A stretch of 64,000 nt of DNA, from assembly GCA_963677745.1 (NCBI GenBank), contig OY782391.1:320001-384000 (forward strand), in the 5' to 3' direction. The first letter of the stretch is position 1. Every line of letters begins with the position of its first letter. A program made the translations under genes and the position numbers. Shown here piece after piece: positions 47,000 through 58,156 of this stretch. The notes beneath the pieces were generated by a model. That model did not search any database, was not told the origin of the DNA, and saw nothing but the letters and a program-made list of their open reading frames with translations. The DNA is from Candidatus Altimarinota bacterium (GTDB taxonomy: Bacteria > Patescibacteriota > Gracilibacteria > UBA1369).

Positions 47000-47011
47000 A
47001 TTGCCGGTTTT
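46986..47011. terminator. Inverted repeat, probable bidirectional terminator
   Basis: AAAACCGGCAAT-AA-ATTGCCGGTTTT between convergent genes. Confidence 0.7.
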
Positions 47012-47075
47012 TCTACTTTCATTTTTTAGTACTGAGGAAATCCCACGGATTGAATCCAGAGGATTGGTGGATCAA

Positions 47076-49484
47076 CTAATTATCCCATTTCCAGTGTATC
47101 ACCTCCGGTAAATCCACACCGTTCTCCATCACGTATTTTTTATGCAATTCCAGTTTCTTCTGATATTTCTTGATCAGAGCCTTGGCCTTGCGGGCGTATT
47201 TTTTATTATTAACGCCGGCTTTTTCCAAAGCCTCGATAACCATCTGGAAACGGGAGGTGCCGTTTCTGACCTGCATGTCAAAAGGAGTAGTGGTTGAACC
47301 CTCTTCGTTGTAACCGTGAATGGAAAATCTTTCGGCATGGGGATGTCCGAACAGCAATTTCTTGATGGTTATTCCATAGCCGTGGAAATTGAAGATAATT
47401 GGTTTGTCCTTGGTGAAATATTTCTCAAACTCTCCCAGATTGGATGGCCCCAGATGCCTTTTGGCAGGGCCAAAACCATAAGCGGTCATCTCACTCACAC
47501 AGACAAAACGCGTTTTAAATTCAGGTATTTCATGGCGAAGAATATCTACGGCGGCCACCATTTCCTCAACCATATAATCGCCCGCCGCCCCCAGCACTAT
47601 ATCCGGATCCCGCGACCCGTCCGGATCAATCCAGTCCCAGACCATCACCCCCTGATCAAACTGGCGGCGGGCTTCCTTCACCGACAGCCATTGCGGCAAA
47701 TCAGTTTTACCTGCCACCACCACATTCACTTTGTCCCGGCTCTTGAAATTCTGTTCCCAGGTCACCATCAAACTGTTGGCATCCGGCGGGAAATAGACCG
47801 ATACAAAATCACCGTTTTTTTCCAGGGCGTTACTAATGAATCCTACGTTCTGATGGGAGAAACCGTTATGTTCCTGTCTCCAGCAATTGGAGGTCAGCAG
47901 ATAATTCAGTGCGGAAATCGGTTTGCGCCATTTGATTCTCTTGGCCTGTTTGATGAATTTACAATGCTGATCCACCATACTCACGTTGATCATGGAAAAA
48001 GCTTCATAAGTGCCAAACATTCCATGACGTCCGGTCAGTATGTACCCCAGCAGCATCCCCAGTAAGGTGTGTTCGGACAGCATTTCAATCACCCGGCCCT
48101 TGGTCACGATGCTTTCATCCTCTTTTTTCACCGGCCAAATATACTGTCTACCGGCACCCACGAACAATTTCTGCATTTTGTTTGATTCGGTCTCATCCGG
48201 ACAGAAATAGCGGAGCGTCTTGTCCTTTTTCAGATCATTTACAAATACTTCAGTCAGCCATTCGGTGGCCAGACGGGTGGATTGCCCCATCACTTCTCCA
48301 TGATGACCTTTGAATTCAAACTTCTCCGGTTTAACCATCGGCAGCTCCTTCACTATCTGCCCCCCGTAGGCATGCCTGCATTTGCCCATACGCAAATCGC
48401 CCTGCGGAACATATTTGATGACTTTGGGCAGGGGGCGTCCCTTAGAATCCACCAGAGTTTTGACCTGATATGATTCCAGCCAGTCGGACAAAGCTTTGAA
48501 CTGCAACGGATCATGTTTGGGATCAGCCAGCGGGATACCGTGTGAGCGGTAATTATCTTCAATTTTTTTGTCACCGAGTTTTTTCACGCCGCTCCAGCCT
48601 TTCTTCGTACGCAAAAGAATCACCGGCCAGGCAGGCTTGGACACACCTTTCTTTTCCTTGGACTGCCTCCAGATTGTCTTGATATCCCAATAAGCCTCAT
48701 CCATGGTGCGAGCCATGTCTTCATATAATTTATCTCCGCTTCCCTCCACGATATATGGTTTGTAACCATAACCGAGAAACAGATGGGTCAGTTCCTCATC
48801 GCTCATCGTTCCGTAAATAGTCGGACCGGAAATTTTATATCCGTTGATATGAACAATCGGCAATACAGCGCCCGATTCGGCAGGATTAAAAAATTTATTG
48901 GAATTCCAGGCGGCAGCCAGCGGTCCGGACTCAGCTTCGCCGTCACCCACCACGCAAACCACCATCAGACCCGGATTGTCCATCGCGGCCCCAAAAGCTG
49001 TAGCCAGTGAATAACCGAGTTCACCTCCTTCCAGAATCGAACCGGGCACATCCGGCGTCACGTGACTGGGCAGTTTATAGGGCCAGGAAAAACCTTTCAT
49101 CAGTTTGCCCATTCCTTTTTCGTCGCGGGACATTTCTTTGTAATATTCGCCCATCGTGGCATCCGCAAAATTATTGGCCAGAATAGCCGGAGCGCCATGC
49201 CCGGGACCGGTAATAAAAATTGCCTTCTGCTTATAGCGGGAAATCAAAAAATCAGTCTGGGCATAAATAAAATTTAGCCCCGGAACCGTTCCCCAGTGTC
49301 CCAGTATCCTTTCCTTAAGATTGTCCTTGGACAGAGGTTTCCTTAACAAAAAATTGTCCTTCAGATACAATGACGCAGCTCCGATATAATTTGTATAGGC
49401 ATGGTAATCCTTAAACCATTGGAGCTGTTCGGCCGTCAAAAAACTTTTGGTCTTGGAGACAGCCTTGGCAGTTGACTTTACCAT
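47076..49484 (-). CDS. xfp: Phosphoketolase (XFP family)
   Basis: GHWGTVPG, GPGHG, EGGELGY, GDGEAE, PDETESN, LSEH, HNGFSHQ; start at MVKS (49484). Confidence 0.95.
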   Translation of the reverse strand: MVKSTAKAVSKTKSFLTAEQLQWFKDYHAYTNYIGAASLYLKDNFLLRKPLSKDNLKERILGHWGTVPGLNFIYAQTDFLISRYKQKAIFITGPGHGAPAILANNFADATMGEYYKEMSRDEKGMGKLMKGFSWPYKLPSHVTPDVPGSILEGGELGYSLATAFGAAMDNPGLMVVCVVGDGEAESGPLAAAWNSNKFFNPAESGAVLPIVHINGYKISGPTIYGTMSDEELTHLFLGYGYKPYIVEGSGDKLYEDMARTMDEAYWDIKTIWRQSKEKKGVSKPAWPVILLRTKKGWSGVKKLGDKKIEDNYRSHGIPLADPKHDPLQFKALSDWLESYQVKTLVDSKGRPLPKVIKYVPQGDLRMGKCRHAYGGQIVKELPMVKPEKFEFKGHHGEVMGQSTRLATEWLTEVFVNDLKKDKTLRYFCPDETESNKMQKLFVGAGRQYIWPVKKEDESIVTKGRVIEMLSEHTLLGMLLGYILTGRHGMFGTYEAFSMINVSMVDQHCKFIKQAKRIKWRKPISALNYLLTSNCWRQEHNGFSHQNVGFISNALEKNGDFVSVYFPPDANSLMVTWEQNFKSRDKVNVVVAGKTDLPQWLSVKEARRQFDQGVMVWDWIDPDGSRDPDIVLGAAGDYMVEEMVAAVDILRHEIPEFKTRFVCVSEMTAYGFGPAKRHLGPSNLGEFEKYFTKDKPIIFNFHGYGITIKKLLFGHPHAERFSIHGYNEEGSTTTPFDMQVRNGTSRFQMVIEALEKAGVNNKKYARKAKALIKKYQKKLELHKKYVMENGVDLPEVIHWKWDN

Positions 49485-49541
49485 TTTGAAATTTATTAAA
49501 ATTTGTTTTTGTTGAGAAGAGTATAGCAGAAAAAAATTTTT

Positions 49542-50624
49542 ATGCATTCGAATTTTTGGCAAAATCTGGCTAACCCAATACTCGGACTGTCCCCCATGGA
49601 CGGCGTGACCGACGCTGCTTTCCGTTTTATCGTCGCCAAATACGGACAGCCCTCCGTTATTTTCACGGAATTCATTAATGTGGAGGGACTGGCCCACGGA
49701 GCGGTAAAGACCCTGCCGGCCTTCCTTTATGACCCGATTGAAAGACCTCTGATCGGACAAATATACGGCATCACTCCCGACAATTTTTATCAGGCCTGTT
49801 TTATCGTCGCCGAACTGGGGTTCGACGGTATCGACATCAATATGGGCTGCCCCTCCAAAGCTGTATCCGGCCACGGCGGCGGCGCCGGTCTGATCAAAAA
49901 ACCCAAACTGGCCTGCGATATTCTCAAAACCTGCCGCCGCGCCGCCGCCGACTGGGCCGCCGGCAAAACAGTCCGGGAAGCCGGTGTCCACCAAGACCTC
50001 CTGCCCTTCATCCGCCAACAGCAAAAACTTCGCGGCGGCCCTCCCCCGCGCCGCCTGCTCCCTGTGTCCGTCAAAACCCGGCTCGGTTACGACAAAATCA
50101 TCACCGGATCCTGGATTGAAACACTGCTGTCCTGCGAACCCGACAACATCACCCTGCATGGCCGCACCCTCCGTGAAATGTACACGGGAGAAGCTCATTG
50201 GGACGAAATCGCCAAAGCGGCAGAAATTGTCCACGCCGCCAAATATCCCGTCACCATCCTCGGTAACGGTGACGTGAAATCCCTGTCCGACGCCCGCCGA
50301 AAAATCGCCCAAAACGGCGTGGACGGTGCCCTGATCGGCCGGGCCAGTTTCGGCGAACCATGGATTTTCAGCGACGCACCTCCCCCCGACCTCCCCGAAA
50401 AATTCCGCATTGCTTTGGAACACTGCCAAAAACACGAAGAAATTTTCCGGATCAACAAGGCCGCCGGTTCCACGCTCACGCCGACCCAAATTTTTGCTCC
50501 CATGAAAAAACACCTCGGCTGGTACTGCCGCGGCTTCGCGGGCGCCAAAGAATTACGAATGCAATTGATGAGCGCCGACTCCACCGCCGAAGTCAAAAAA
50601 ATCCTGCACCCCTGGCTCGAATAA
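49542..50624 (+). CDS. dus: tRNA-dihydrouridine synthase
   Basis: SPMDGVTD, DINMGCP, VSVKTRLG, LHGRT, GNGDV, IGRA. Confidence 0.94.
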   Translation: MHSNFWQNLANPILGLSPMDGVTDAAFRFIVAKYGQPSVIFTEFINVEGLAHGAVKTLPAFLYDPIERPLIGQIYGITPDNFYQACFIVAELGFDGIDINMGCPSKAVSGHGGGAGLIKKPKLACDILKTCRRAAADWAAGKTVREAGVHQDLLPFIRQQQKLRGGPPPRRLLPVSVKTRLGYDKIITGSWIETLLSCEPDNITLHGRTLREMYTGEAHWDEIAKAAEIVHAAKYPVTILGNGDVKSLSDARRKIAQNGVDGALIGRASFGEPWIFSDAPPPDLPEKFRIALEHCQKHEEIFRINKAAGSTLTPTQIFAPMKKHLGWYCRGFAGAKELRMQLMSADSTAEVKKILHPWLE

Positions 50625-50643
50625 AAGCCCCTCCCCAAAAACC

Positions 50644-51033
50644 TCACTGGTCTTTTCCCAGTTTCTTCCGCAGCCGCGCATCCATGTATACCATCTGCTG
50701 CTCATTATAACCGAAATAATGAGCGATCTCGTGCAGCAACACCTCCAAAATCAAATTCTCCAATTCCTGCAGATTTTCCACGGAAGCCAGAATGGTTTTC
50801 TCAAATAACGTGATTTTGGACGGCTGCACCCCCCGAAACACAGAATAGGGAGCGGTTTTGGGCACTCCCTCAAACAGCCCCAGCAAAGTTCTCCGGCTAC
50901 CGCGATAGGGTTCCGGCGGCCATTCCTCCACCACAATATCCACGTTTTCAATCTGGTCACGAAATTCCTGCGGGACCTTTTTTTCCAAAGCCCGCCGCAC
51001 CATCAATTCAAATTCCAGACTGTCCAAAATCAT
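50644..51033 (-). CDS. Zincin_1 (DUF1025) minimal metallopeptidase
   Basis: LLGLFEGVP, PSKITLF, HEIAHYFG. Confidence 0.88.
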   Translation of the reverse strand: MILDSLEFELMVRRALEKKVPQEFRDQIENVDIVVEEWPPEPYRGSRRTLLGLFEGVPKTAPYSVFRGVQPSKITLFEKTILASVENLQELENLILEVLLHEIAHYFGYNEQQMVYMDARLRKKLGKDQ

Positions 51034-51073
51034 AATATTGTTTATAATTTACCCGCATCACCCGCTTTCATCA

Positions 51074-51649
51074 ATGCAACAAATATTCTACCACGGCCGG
51101 AACCTGCCGTTAAAAATAGATTATCATCCGCTCAAGAAATCCCGTCTGGAAATCCACCCGGACCACATTTTGGCCACCCTTTGCTATGACCTCAGCACTA
51201 AACAGCAATCACATCAACTGCAGATTCTCACCGAAAAACTTTACCGCCGTTCCACCGAACGCATCATCGAGGAAACCCTGCTGCTCCTGAAAACTTATGC
51301 GCCTCGCCCCATCCGCGGCATCCGCTACAAAAAAATGCGTTCCCGCTGGGGCTCCGCCTCCGCCAACCACAATCTGAATTTCAATATCGACCTGGCCAAA
51401 TTGCCCCTGGAAGTCCAGCAATATATTGCCATTCACGAGTACTGCCACCTGTTCGAAATGAATCACTCCGCCAAATTCTGGGACAAAGTCCACCAATTCG
51501 ATCCGCTCTACCGTGAACACCGCCGGCAGCTGCGCCGTTTGGAAAAAAGCTGGCGTCCATCAACACCTGTTATTGCAGCGCCGGTTTTGGCAACACCTTC
51601 CGCTTCCGGACAGGATGGTTTTTGGAATAAACTTTTCAGCAACAAATAA
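51074..51649 (+). CDS. YgjP/DUF45 family zinc-dependent hydrolase
   Basis: MRSRWGS, YIAIHEYCH..NHSAKFW. Confidence 0.88.
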   Translation: MQQIFYHGRNLPLKIDYHPLKKSRLEIHPDHILATLCYDLSTKQQSHQLQILTEKLYRRSTERIIEETLLLLKTYAPRPIRGIRYKKMRSRWGSASANHNLNFNIDLAKLPLEVQQYIAIHEYCHLFEMNHSAKFWDKVHQFDPLYREHRRQLRRLEKSWRPSTPVIAAPVLATPSASGQDGFWNKLFSNK

Positions 51650-51717
51650 CCATTTGCCGATTTGTTCAATTTAGGTAAAATCTCCCTGTAAGTCCGACCT
51701 GCGGACTGCCCACGACT

Positions 51718-51791
51718 GCGGTATTGGTTCAATGGTAGAATGCGACCTTCCCAAGGTTGAGACACGGGTTCGATTCCCGTATACCGCTCCA
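51718..51791 (+). tRNA. tRNA-Gly(CCC)
   Basis: Cloverleaf with GCGGTAT/ATACCGC acceptor, anticodon arm CGACC-TTCCCAA-GGTTG, T-arm ACGGG-TTCGATT-CCCGT, U73 and encoded CCA. Confidence 0.97.
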
Positions 51792-51798
51792 AAAAATT

Positions 51799-52089
51799 AT
51801 GGAGAAAAAACAACTGGAAATCATTTTCGGGCTGGCCAGACAACTCCCCATGTTTAAAGGCATTGAGGACGGGAATTTGCGTGAAGTAATTCAGGAAAGA
51901 TATGGAAACAGCCCCCTGGACAAACTTGAAGCTTTAATTAAAAATTTAAAATCACAAATAGAAATTGGCGCACAAAAACTGCAAAAAAATGTTGAAAAAG
52001 TGAAATCCTTAAAATTTCAGGAAGAAACACAGTCAGAGAAAGACAAAAAACTGGCAACGGATCTGCTCAAGCGACTTGAAGAATTGTAG
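51799..52089 (+). CDS. Small hypothetical helical protein
   Basis: ATG 7 nt after the tRNA CCA; 96 aa. Confidence 0.65.
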   Translation: MEKKQLEIIFGLARQLPMFKGIEDGNLREVIQERYGNSPLDKLEALIKNLKSQIEIGAQKLQKNVEKVKSLKFQEETQSEKDKKLATDLLKRLEEL

Positions 52090-52131
52090 TTTTGTGGTAC
52101 AATTAAATAAATACATTATAAAAACAAAACT

Positions 52132-52587
52132 ATGGGTGGCGAAATTCAAAGTGAATCAGCAGACCAGGCCAAGGCAGCTCAACAGGAACAAGCCCGGGCC
52201 GGCTTCCAGCAACTTGAGGAAGGACAACCGACAGAGCTGAAAGAAGGAGCCGACAAGAAAAATAAGACTGAATTCGAGTATTCCCCTGGAGAAAACGGGC
52301 CCGCTGCCACAAAAAGTGCTGATTTTCTTAAAACAACTAATAAATTCAAGAAAGATGATACCGACGAATACATACAAGACTTGAAAAACGCCATCAGCAA
52401 ACTTTGGGATGCTCAAAAAATAAAAGTTAACGACGTAAAACAGGGCAAGGGCGGCGTTGGTAGAACAAAAGACCTCACAACAGTAGAGTCTGATACTGAA
52501 GTTGATTACGGAGGCGGTAAAATAATCAAATTCAAAATGACCAGCAATGTTGAAAACAAAACGCACCAGCTCCAAGTCCGCGTTTAA
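52132..52587 (+). CDS. Hypothetical hydrophilic protein
   Basis: 151-aa ORF; TGG-TACAAT extended -10-like motif upstream. Confidence 0.7.
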   Translation: MGGEIQSESADQAKAAQQEQARAGFQQLEEGQPTELKEGADKKNKTEFEYSPGENGPAATKSADFLKTTNKFKKDDTDEYIQDLKNAISKLWDAQKIKVNDVKQGKGGVGRTKDLTTVESDTEVDYGGGKIIKFKMTSNVENKTHQLQVRV

Positions 52588-52595
52588 ATTTAATA

Positions 52596-53216
52596 TTACA
52601 ATCCAAAAGCTTCCACCTGCTCTGCCTTCAGTGCCGGTCTGGTCTTGAAAGTCGGTAAAACAATCCCCTGCACGCCGTTTTGCAAAGCTTTCCGCAAAGC
52701 AAGCAATCCTCCGATATCCGCAAACTCTTCCCCCTGATATCGAAAGACGTCCAGATCGATATTATCGTTATTCAGAAATTCCTGCATCAGCAGCTGCCGG
52801 CCTATCCCAGTAAGAAATTCCCCGCTTTCATGCCCGTCAGCAAATATACTTTTTGACAAATCCAGCCCACTGCGCTTGGCAATCACATAAGCACATGTCC
52901 CGCCCTCTGCCACTTTGTGAGGGTGACAATAAGCGGTGATCTGGTCAAAATCAGGCCTCATCCACCGTATCATATCGCACCACACTTTTCGTTGTACCGC
53001 TTCCATTGGCCAGTCCAATACCCGCTGCAACATTCCTCTGTTCAATTCTACCTGACCAAGAATAACCATCTCTGTTCTGGCCAGATTTTCTACCAGGGAT
53101 TTAACCTCTCCTTCATAACGAAACCAGACTCGCCGCGGCAAAGCAACCTTTTCCCCGATTCCAGGCAATTCTATCTCCCCCTGTGTTTGAAAATAATTTT
53201 CCAGATTATTGTACAT
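52596..53216 (-). CDS. Hypothetical protein
   Basis: 206-aa ORF. Confidence 0.65.
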   Translation of the reverse strand: MYNNLENYFQTQGEIELPGIGEKVALPRRVWFRYEGEVKSLVENLARTEMVILGQVELNRGMLQRVLDWPMEAVQRKVWCDMIRWMRPDFDQITAYCHPHKVAEGGTCAYVIAKRSGLDLSKSIFADGHESGEFLTGIGRQLLMQEFLNNDNIDLDVFRYQGEEFADIGGLLALRKALQNGVQGIVLPTFKTRPALKAEQVEAFGL

Positions 53217-53344
53217 ATTTTGATTCCCGGACTATTGACTAATTCGGATTGTATGCTAAAGACTAAACATTCGCAACTTTTGATTTTCCTGTCAGTTGAT
53301 ATCCAAGAATTCCAATAAAAAAATATCTATCCCCTGTAACAAAT

Positions 53345-54184
53345 ATGCCCAATCATCCCGAAATCCCCACCGCCATCACCACCCTCAACGGAACTGCCCT
53401 GCCCTTTAGTGAAATTGACAATATTTTTGCCCAATCCGACCTGGGAAAAATTCTGCAGGAAAATATCCGTTATGAAGGATACAAACCTCCCCACCTGCCC
53501 AAAACAGACTGGCAGAAAATATTGGGCGCGGACATCAACAATCTTGCCCACATGCCGTTGACCAGAGGAATCACCCGCAGTTTTCTGCGCCATCAGCAAC
53601 AGGAGATTCCCTTCAGCCAGGAGAATTCCCAAATCCTGCTGCTGGCCGCCACCACCCATGACTGGGCCGAAGCAATTGTCGGCGATAAAAACGGTAATCT
53701 GAAGACAGAGGCCGACGAGGCCAAAGAATCAGATGTATATGCCCAGCTGTTGAAAAAATATTTGGGAAATCTCCTGCCGTCACAAATATTGAATAAAGCT
53801 CATGAGACAGCCACCAATCGTGACTCACAATTGGGCTGGATATTCAATTCCATCGAGAAAATAGGCTATCTGCGCAGCGGTCTGAATGCCTGGGAAATAG
53901 GCCAAAAAGCCGATCCGGATCTTAAAAAGCACCTGCATTGGATGGCCTCCAACGTTATCGGCAGTCAAACTGTTCCCTTAATCCGTTATGCCGAAACCCT
54001 ATATCCCGTCTACCAATACCTGGATAACGCCCGTTTCAAAATTATCCGGATTTTCCAGGAAATGCCCAAAAATGTCTTTGATCAATTTCCCGTTGACGAC
54101 AAAAACGAACGAGCCGCCCAAATCGAAAAATTTATGGACGCCAAAAAGGCCTGGTACAGAAGTCTGTTCGGACCAATATTTTAG
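53345..54184 (+). CDS. HD-domain hydrolase (YfbR-like)
   Basis: RY..NNLAH...THDWAEAIVGD...E. Confidence 0.8.
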   Translation: MPNHPEIPTAITTLNGTALPFSEIDNIFAQSDLGKILQENIRYEGYKPPHLPKTDWQKILGADINNLAHMPLTRGITRSFLRHQQQEIPFSQENSQILLLAATTHDWAEAIVGDKNGNLKTEADEAKESDVYAQLLKKYLGNLLPSQILNKAHETATNRDSQLGWIFNSIEKIGYLRSGLNAWEIGQKADPDLKKHLHWMASNVIGSQTVPLIRYAETLYPVYQYLDNARFKIIRIFQEMPKNVFDQFPVDDKNERAAQIEKFMDAKKAWYRSLFGPIF

Positions 54185-54299
54185 ATTTGCTTATCCGATT
54201 ACCTTGGGCTAATATGCCGTGGCCAGCCTTTTATAAATGTTTTAAAGTATACTTTTAGGCCGACCGCAGTAGTATAAAAAAACTTTCAAGATTTTCCCT

Positions 54300-56111
54300 A
54301 TGAAAACCCTCTCAATCGCCATCATCGCTCACGTCGACCACGGTAAGACCACTTTAACCGATCATCTTTTACGCCAGGGAGGTGCTTTCAACACCCATGA
54401 AAAAGTGGAAGAACTGGTAATGGACTCCAACGACCAGGAACGGGAACGCGGCATCACCATTTTTGCCAAAAACTGTTCGGCTTTTTATAAAGATATCAAA
54501 ATCAATATAGTAGACACTCCAGGCCATGCCGATTTCAGCTCCGAAGTGGAACGCATCCTCAAAATGGTGGACTGCGTGATTCTGCTGGTGGACGCCAAGG
54601 AAGGCCCCATGCCCCAGACCAAATTTGTACTGGCCAAATCACTCAAACTGGGCCACAAACCGATCGTGGTCATCAATAAAATCGACCGTAAAGACCAGCG
54701 CGCCGAAGTCGTGGTGGATCAAGTTTTCGACCTGTTCGTCAAACTCGGCGCCACCAATGAACAGCTGGACTTCCCCATCCTCTATGCCATCAGCCGCGAA
54801 GGTATTGCCAAATATGAAATGGCGGATGAGGGCAAGGATCTTACCCCTCTTTTCGAAACCATCCTCAAACATGTCCCGTTATTCGATGAATCCCTGTCCG
54901 AAAAACCTCTGCAGTTGCAGGTGACGAACCTCGGTTATGACGATTACATCGGCCGCATCGCCATCGGAAGAATTCTCAAAGGCGTACTAAAAGTCGGCCA
55001 AAACGTCACGGTCTGCAAAATCGACGGCAGCAGGAGAACTTCCCGTGTCACCAAAATTTTTATCTACGAAGGCATCCGCCAGACGGAAGTCAATGAAGCA
55101 CCTGCCGGCGAAATTGTGGCCATAGCCGGATTCCCGGACATAACCATCGGCGAAACCGTCACTGACCCGGCCCTTCCGGTACCACTGCCGCTTCTGCAAA
55201 TAGACGAGCCAACCCTGCAGATGAATTTTCTGGTCAATAACTCACCTTTTGCCGGCAAAGAAGGCAAATATGTGACCACCCGCCATATCAAGGACCGTCT
55301 GGACAAAGAACTGCAAACCAATGTCGGACTGAGAGTGGAATCACTGGAAGGAACAGATGGCTACAAGGTGTCCGGCCGCGGTGAACTGCATTTATCGGTG
55401 CTGATTGAAAGCATGCGCCGCGAAGGTTTTGAACTGCAGGTATCCCAACCGGAAGTTATTTACAAGGAAATCAACGGCGAAAAATGCGAGCCGATCGAAC
55501 AATTGATCATTAGTGTCCCCGAAGAATTTTCCGGAACGGTAATTGAAAAACTGGGCCGCCGCAAAGGTGAAATGAAAGATCTGGTCACCGAAAACGGCGT
55601 TACCCGCATCGAATACGAAATTCCCACCCGCGGTCTGCTGGGATTCCGCTCGGAATTTGTGATGGATACACGCGGAGAAGGATTGATGGATCACAGCTTC
55701 ATCAGATACGACCTCTACCGGGGAGCCATTGCCCAGAGAGGCAACGGCGTGCTGATTTCCGGTGAGAAAGGTGTTACCGTAGCCTACGCGCTCTTTTATC
55801 TTCAGGAAAGAGGTACCCTTTTTGTCCCGCCAGTCACTCCAGTCTATGAAGGCATGATTATCGGTGAAAATGCCCGCGGCGAGGACCTGACTGTCAATCC
55901 CTGCAAGGAGAAAAAGATGTCCAATATGCGCACCACCGCCTCCGATCAGGCCATCAAAATAACCACCCCCCGCGAAATCACGCTGGAACTGGCACTGGAA
56001 TACATCCAGTCCGACGAATTGGTCGAGGTAACGCCCAAATCCATCCGTCTTCGCAAGAAACTGCTTACCGAATTGGACCGTAAAAGAGGTTCCCGCGACG
56101 TTGTTGCTTAA
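54300..56111 (+). CDS. typA: Translational GTPase TypA/BipA
   Basis: [47 protein letters not shown]. Confidence 0.97.
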   Translation: MKTLSIAIIAHVDHGKTTLTDHLLRQGGAFNTHEKVEELVMDSNDQERERGITIFAKNCSAFYKDIKINIVDTPGHADFSSEVERILKMVDCVILLVDAKEGPMPQTKFVLAKSLKLGHKPIVVINKIDRKDQRAEVVVDQVFDLFVKLGATNEQLDFPILYAISREGIAKYEMADEGKDLTPLFETILKHVPLFDESLSEKPLQLQVTNLGYDDYIGRIAIGRILKGVLKVGQNVTVCKIDGSRRTSRVTKIFIYEGIRQTEVNEAPAGEIVAIAGFPDITIGETVTDPALPVPLPLLQIDEPTLQMNFLVNNSPFAGKEGKYVTTRHIKDRLDKELQTNVGLRVESLEGTDGYKVSGRGELHLSVLIESMRREGFELQVSQPEVIYKEINGEKCEPIEQLIISVPEEFSGTVIEKLGRRKGEMKDLVTENGVTRIEYEIPTRGLLGFRSEFVMDTRGEGLMDHSFIRYDLYRGAIAQRGNGVLISGEKGVTVAYALFYLQERGTLFVPPVTPVYEGMIIGENARGEDLTVNPCKEKKMSNMRTTASDQAIKITTPREITLELALEYIQSDELVEVTPKSIRLRKKLLTELDRKRGSRDVVA

Positions 56112-56194
56112 TTTTCTGTTTCCGGCCGGCAACAACTGTAATATTTTAGGGTAAATTCGGTTATATATACCGTAAAACAGCCTTAATTTTAATT

Positions 56195-57037
56195 ATGAGC
56201 AGGATCGTCATGTCAAAACAGCCCGGCAAGGAAGAAAACTTCTCCGAAAAAAACGGTCAAATTTCTTTTGTCAGAACCACCGCCACCCCGATTTCCGTGA
56301 ACAAAATTCATGATATCGACGAATACGCGGATCTCCCTGCCGTCAAAGAGAATCCATCCGATTCGGCGGAAAAAATCTCCGGGCAAAGCGTGAAAATATT
56401 GTTCGGAAATACCGAAAGCCGCAGGGAATATTATGCCCCCACCCATCTGCTGCACACCCTCCCGCCCGGCTATCCGATTACCGGGGCCATCGACCTTTTG
56501 CTTAAATTTCTGGAAGGGCTGCAGGAATGCCGGAAAACCGAACTGGCCAATCTGGAATCCGTTCAGCAGCTCAGGGAAAAACCTCAGGGCGATCTCAACC
56601 GGCAATGGGAAGTTTATATGGCTGCCTGTGCAGAAAGAGACAAAGCTTTGTTCAAATTCACTCACAAAAAGACACTGACCGCTCTTCAAACCGGCATTAC
56701 GGAACAAATCAAACAATTGCACGGCTCACTTAACCGTCTTTCAGTATCTAATTTTCCCCCTCCGGAAACCGTCCCTGTGGACCAGGCCTTCAAAGATTAT
56801 ACGGAACGCCTCGACAGATGTCAGAAAAGCCATGAGGAAACTCTTCATACGGTACAAACAGACATCAGACTCTGCCAGTTGCGTCTGAAGGAGCTGGTTG
56901 ATCAATATTTTGACGAAGCCGAAAAAATCGACAGCAAGACCTGGGAACTTTGTCTGGCCAATCAACAAATCTATGAACTGCACTGGCAGATTATAAACTT
57001 TATCAAGGATCTGGAACCTGATGTGGCAGATCAGTAA
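56195..57037 (+). CDS. Hypothetical coiled-coil protein
   Basis: 280-aa ORF with helical heptads. Confidence 0.65.
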   Translation: MSRIVMSKQPGKEENFSEKNGQISFVRTTATPISVNKIHDIDEYADLPAVKENPSDSAEKISGQSVKILFGNTESRREYYAPTHLLHTLPPGYPITGAIDLLLKFLEGLQECRKTELANLESVQQLREKPQGDLNRQWEVYMAACAERDKALFKFTHKKTLTALQTGITEQIKQLHGSLNRLSVSNFPPPETVPVDQAFKDYTERLDRCQKSHEETLHTVQTDIRLCQLRLKELVDQYFDEAEKIDSKTWELCLANQQIYELHWQIINFIKDLEPDVADQ

Positions 57038-57099
57038 ATCCCCTCTTTAAGCTAAGCGGATTTTGTGCTATAATAAGCAGATTATTGTTATAGCACCAC

Positions 57100-58071
57100 A
57101 TGGCTGCACCCATTAATACCAATACAGATGTCGGTACCGGCGCCGAAAGCGGGACTATCGACTTTGCCAATCTGGGCCCTTATCTTCTGACCAAATTTCT
57201 AGGGGTACTGGAAGCCGCCCTGATCATTATCATCGGTATTTTTGTGATCCGTTACGTCAAACGCTACCTCAACAAAATCGCTCTGGAACACGAACAACAG
57301 AAAACCGCCCTCAATCTTTTCGAGAAATTGACCACCGGTTTTATCATAGTCATTTCCATCACCCTGGCTCTGAAAATCGTAGGAATAGACATGACCCTGC
57401 TGGTCAGCGTCACCATCCTCGGTCTCAGTTACGGTCTGCAGGACATCATCAAAAACTATGTGGCAGGCATTTTAATCATGTTCAAATCCCCCTTTAAAAT
57501 CGGCGATATCATCAACATCAAGGGACATACCGGCAAGGTAGATAAAATTGATTTTCAGTCCACCACCCTGCGCACTTTTGACCAAAAGGACGTCACGATT
57601 TACAACAGCGACGTAATGACCCAGTCTATCATCAACCATTCCCGCAGCGACATCCGCCGGCTGGAACTGGATGTCACTCTGGGCTTCGGTTCGGACTACC
57701 TGCATGCCATCAAAGTGTTTGACCAGATTGTTCGAAACCATCCCAACGTGCTAAAAAAACCGTCCCATAAAATTATCTTCAAAAAGTTCGAGGACAACGG
57801 AATTACTTTTACCATCCGCTGCTGGGCACAACTTCCCTGCAACCTGCTGGCCATTAAATCCGATCTGGCTCTGCAAATCAGTCAGGTTTACGACGAAACA
57901 GTTGTCTTCCTGCCCCACGGCAAGGATATCCAGGAAAACAGCGACTACACCCTCAGTGAAACCAACAAAGCCAGACAGGAAGCCCTGCGTAAAGCCGGCA
58001 ACCTGACCGTGGACGACACCCAGCCCATCCCGGCCGACGCCGAATTGATCGATTTCGAGGAAATTGAGTAG
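57100..58071 (+). CDS. mscS: Small-conductance mechanosensitive channel
   Basis: GLQDIIKNYVAGILI..PFKIGD..GKVDKI. Confidence 0.92.
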   Translation: MAAPINTNTDVGTGAESGTIDFANLGPYLLTKFLGVLEAALIIIIGIFVIRYVKRYLNKIALEHEQQKTALNLFEKLTTGFIIVISITLALKIVGIDMTLLVSVTILGLSYGLQDIIKNYVAGILIMFKSPFKIGDIINIKGHTGKVDKIDFQSTTLRTFDQKDVTIYNSDVMTQSIINHSRSDIRRLELDVTLGFGSDYLHAIKVFDQIVRNHPNVLKKPSHKIIFKKFEDNGITFTIRCWAQLPCNLLAIKSDLALQISQVYDETVVFLPHGKDIQENSDYTLSETNKARQEALRKAGNLTVDDTQPIPADAELIDFEEIE

Positions 58072-58090
58072 GATTTGCCGTTTTGAAAAT

Positions 58091-58119
58091 TTGACATTTA
58101 CCTGACTCTCGTCTTTAAT
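58091..58119 (+). promoter_or_regulatory. sigma70 promoter
   Basis: TTGACA-17 nt-TTTAAT. Confidence 0.6.
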
Positions 58120-58156
58120 AAGGCAGCTTTCGCATGAATATATCAAAAAATTCCCT

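Noticed and set aside
49485-50513. 343-aa N-terminal extension of phosphoketolase in the ORF track
   Set aside because: Antisense shadow of the dus gene; the phosphoketolase-like sequence starts at 49484.
51718-53216. Genomic island integrated at tRNA-Gly
   Set aside because: Orphan, partly AT-rich ORFs follow the tRNA, but I saw no integrase and no duplicate of the tRNA 3' end.
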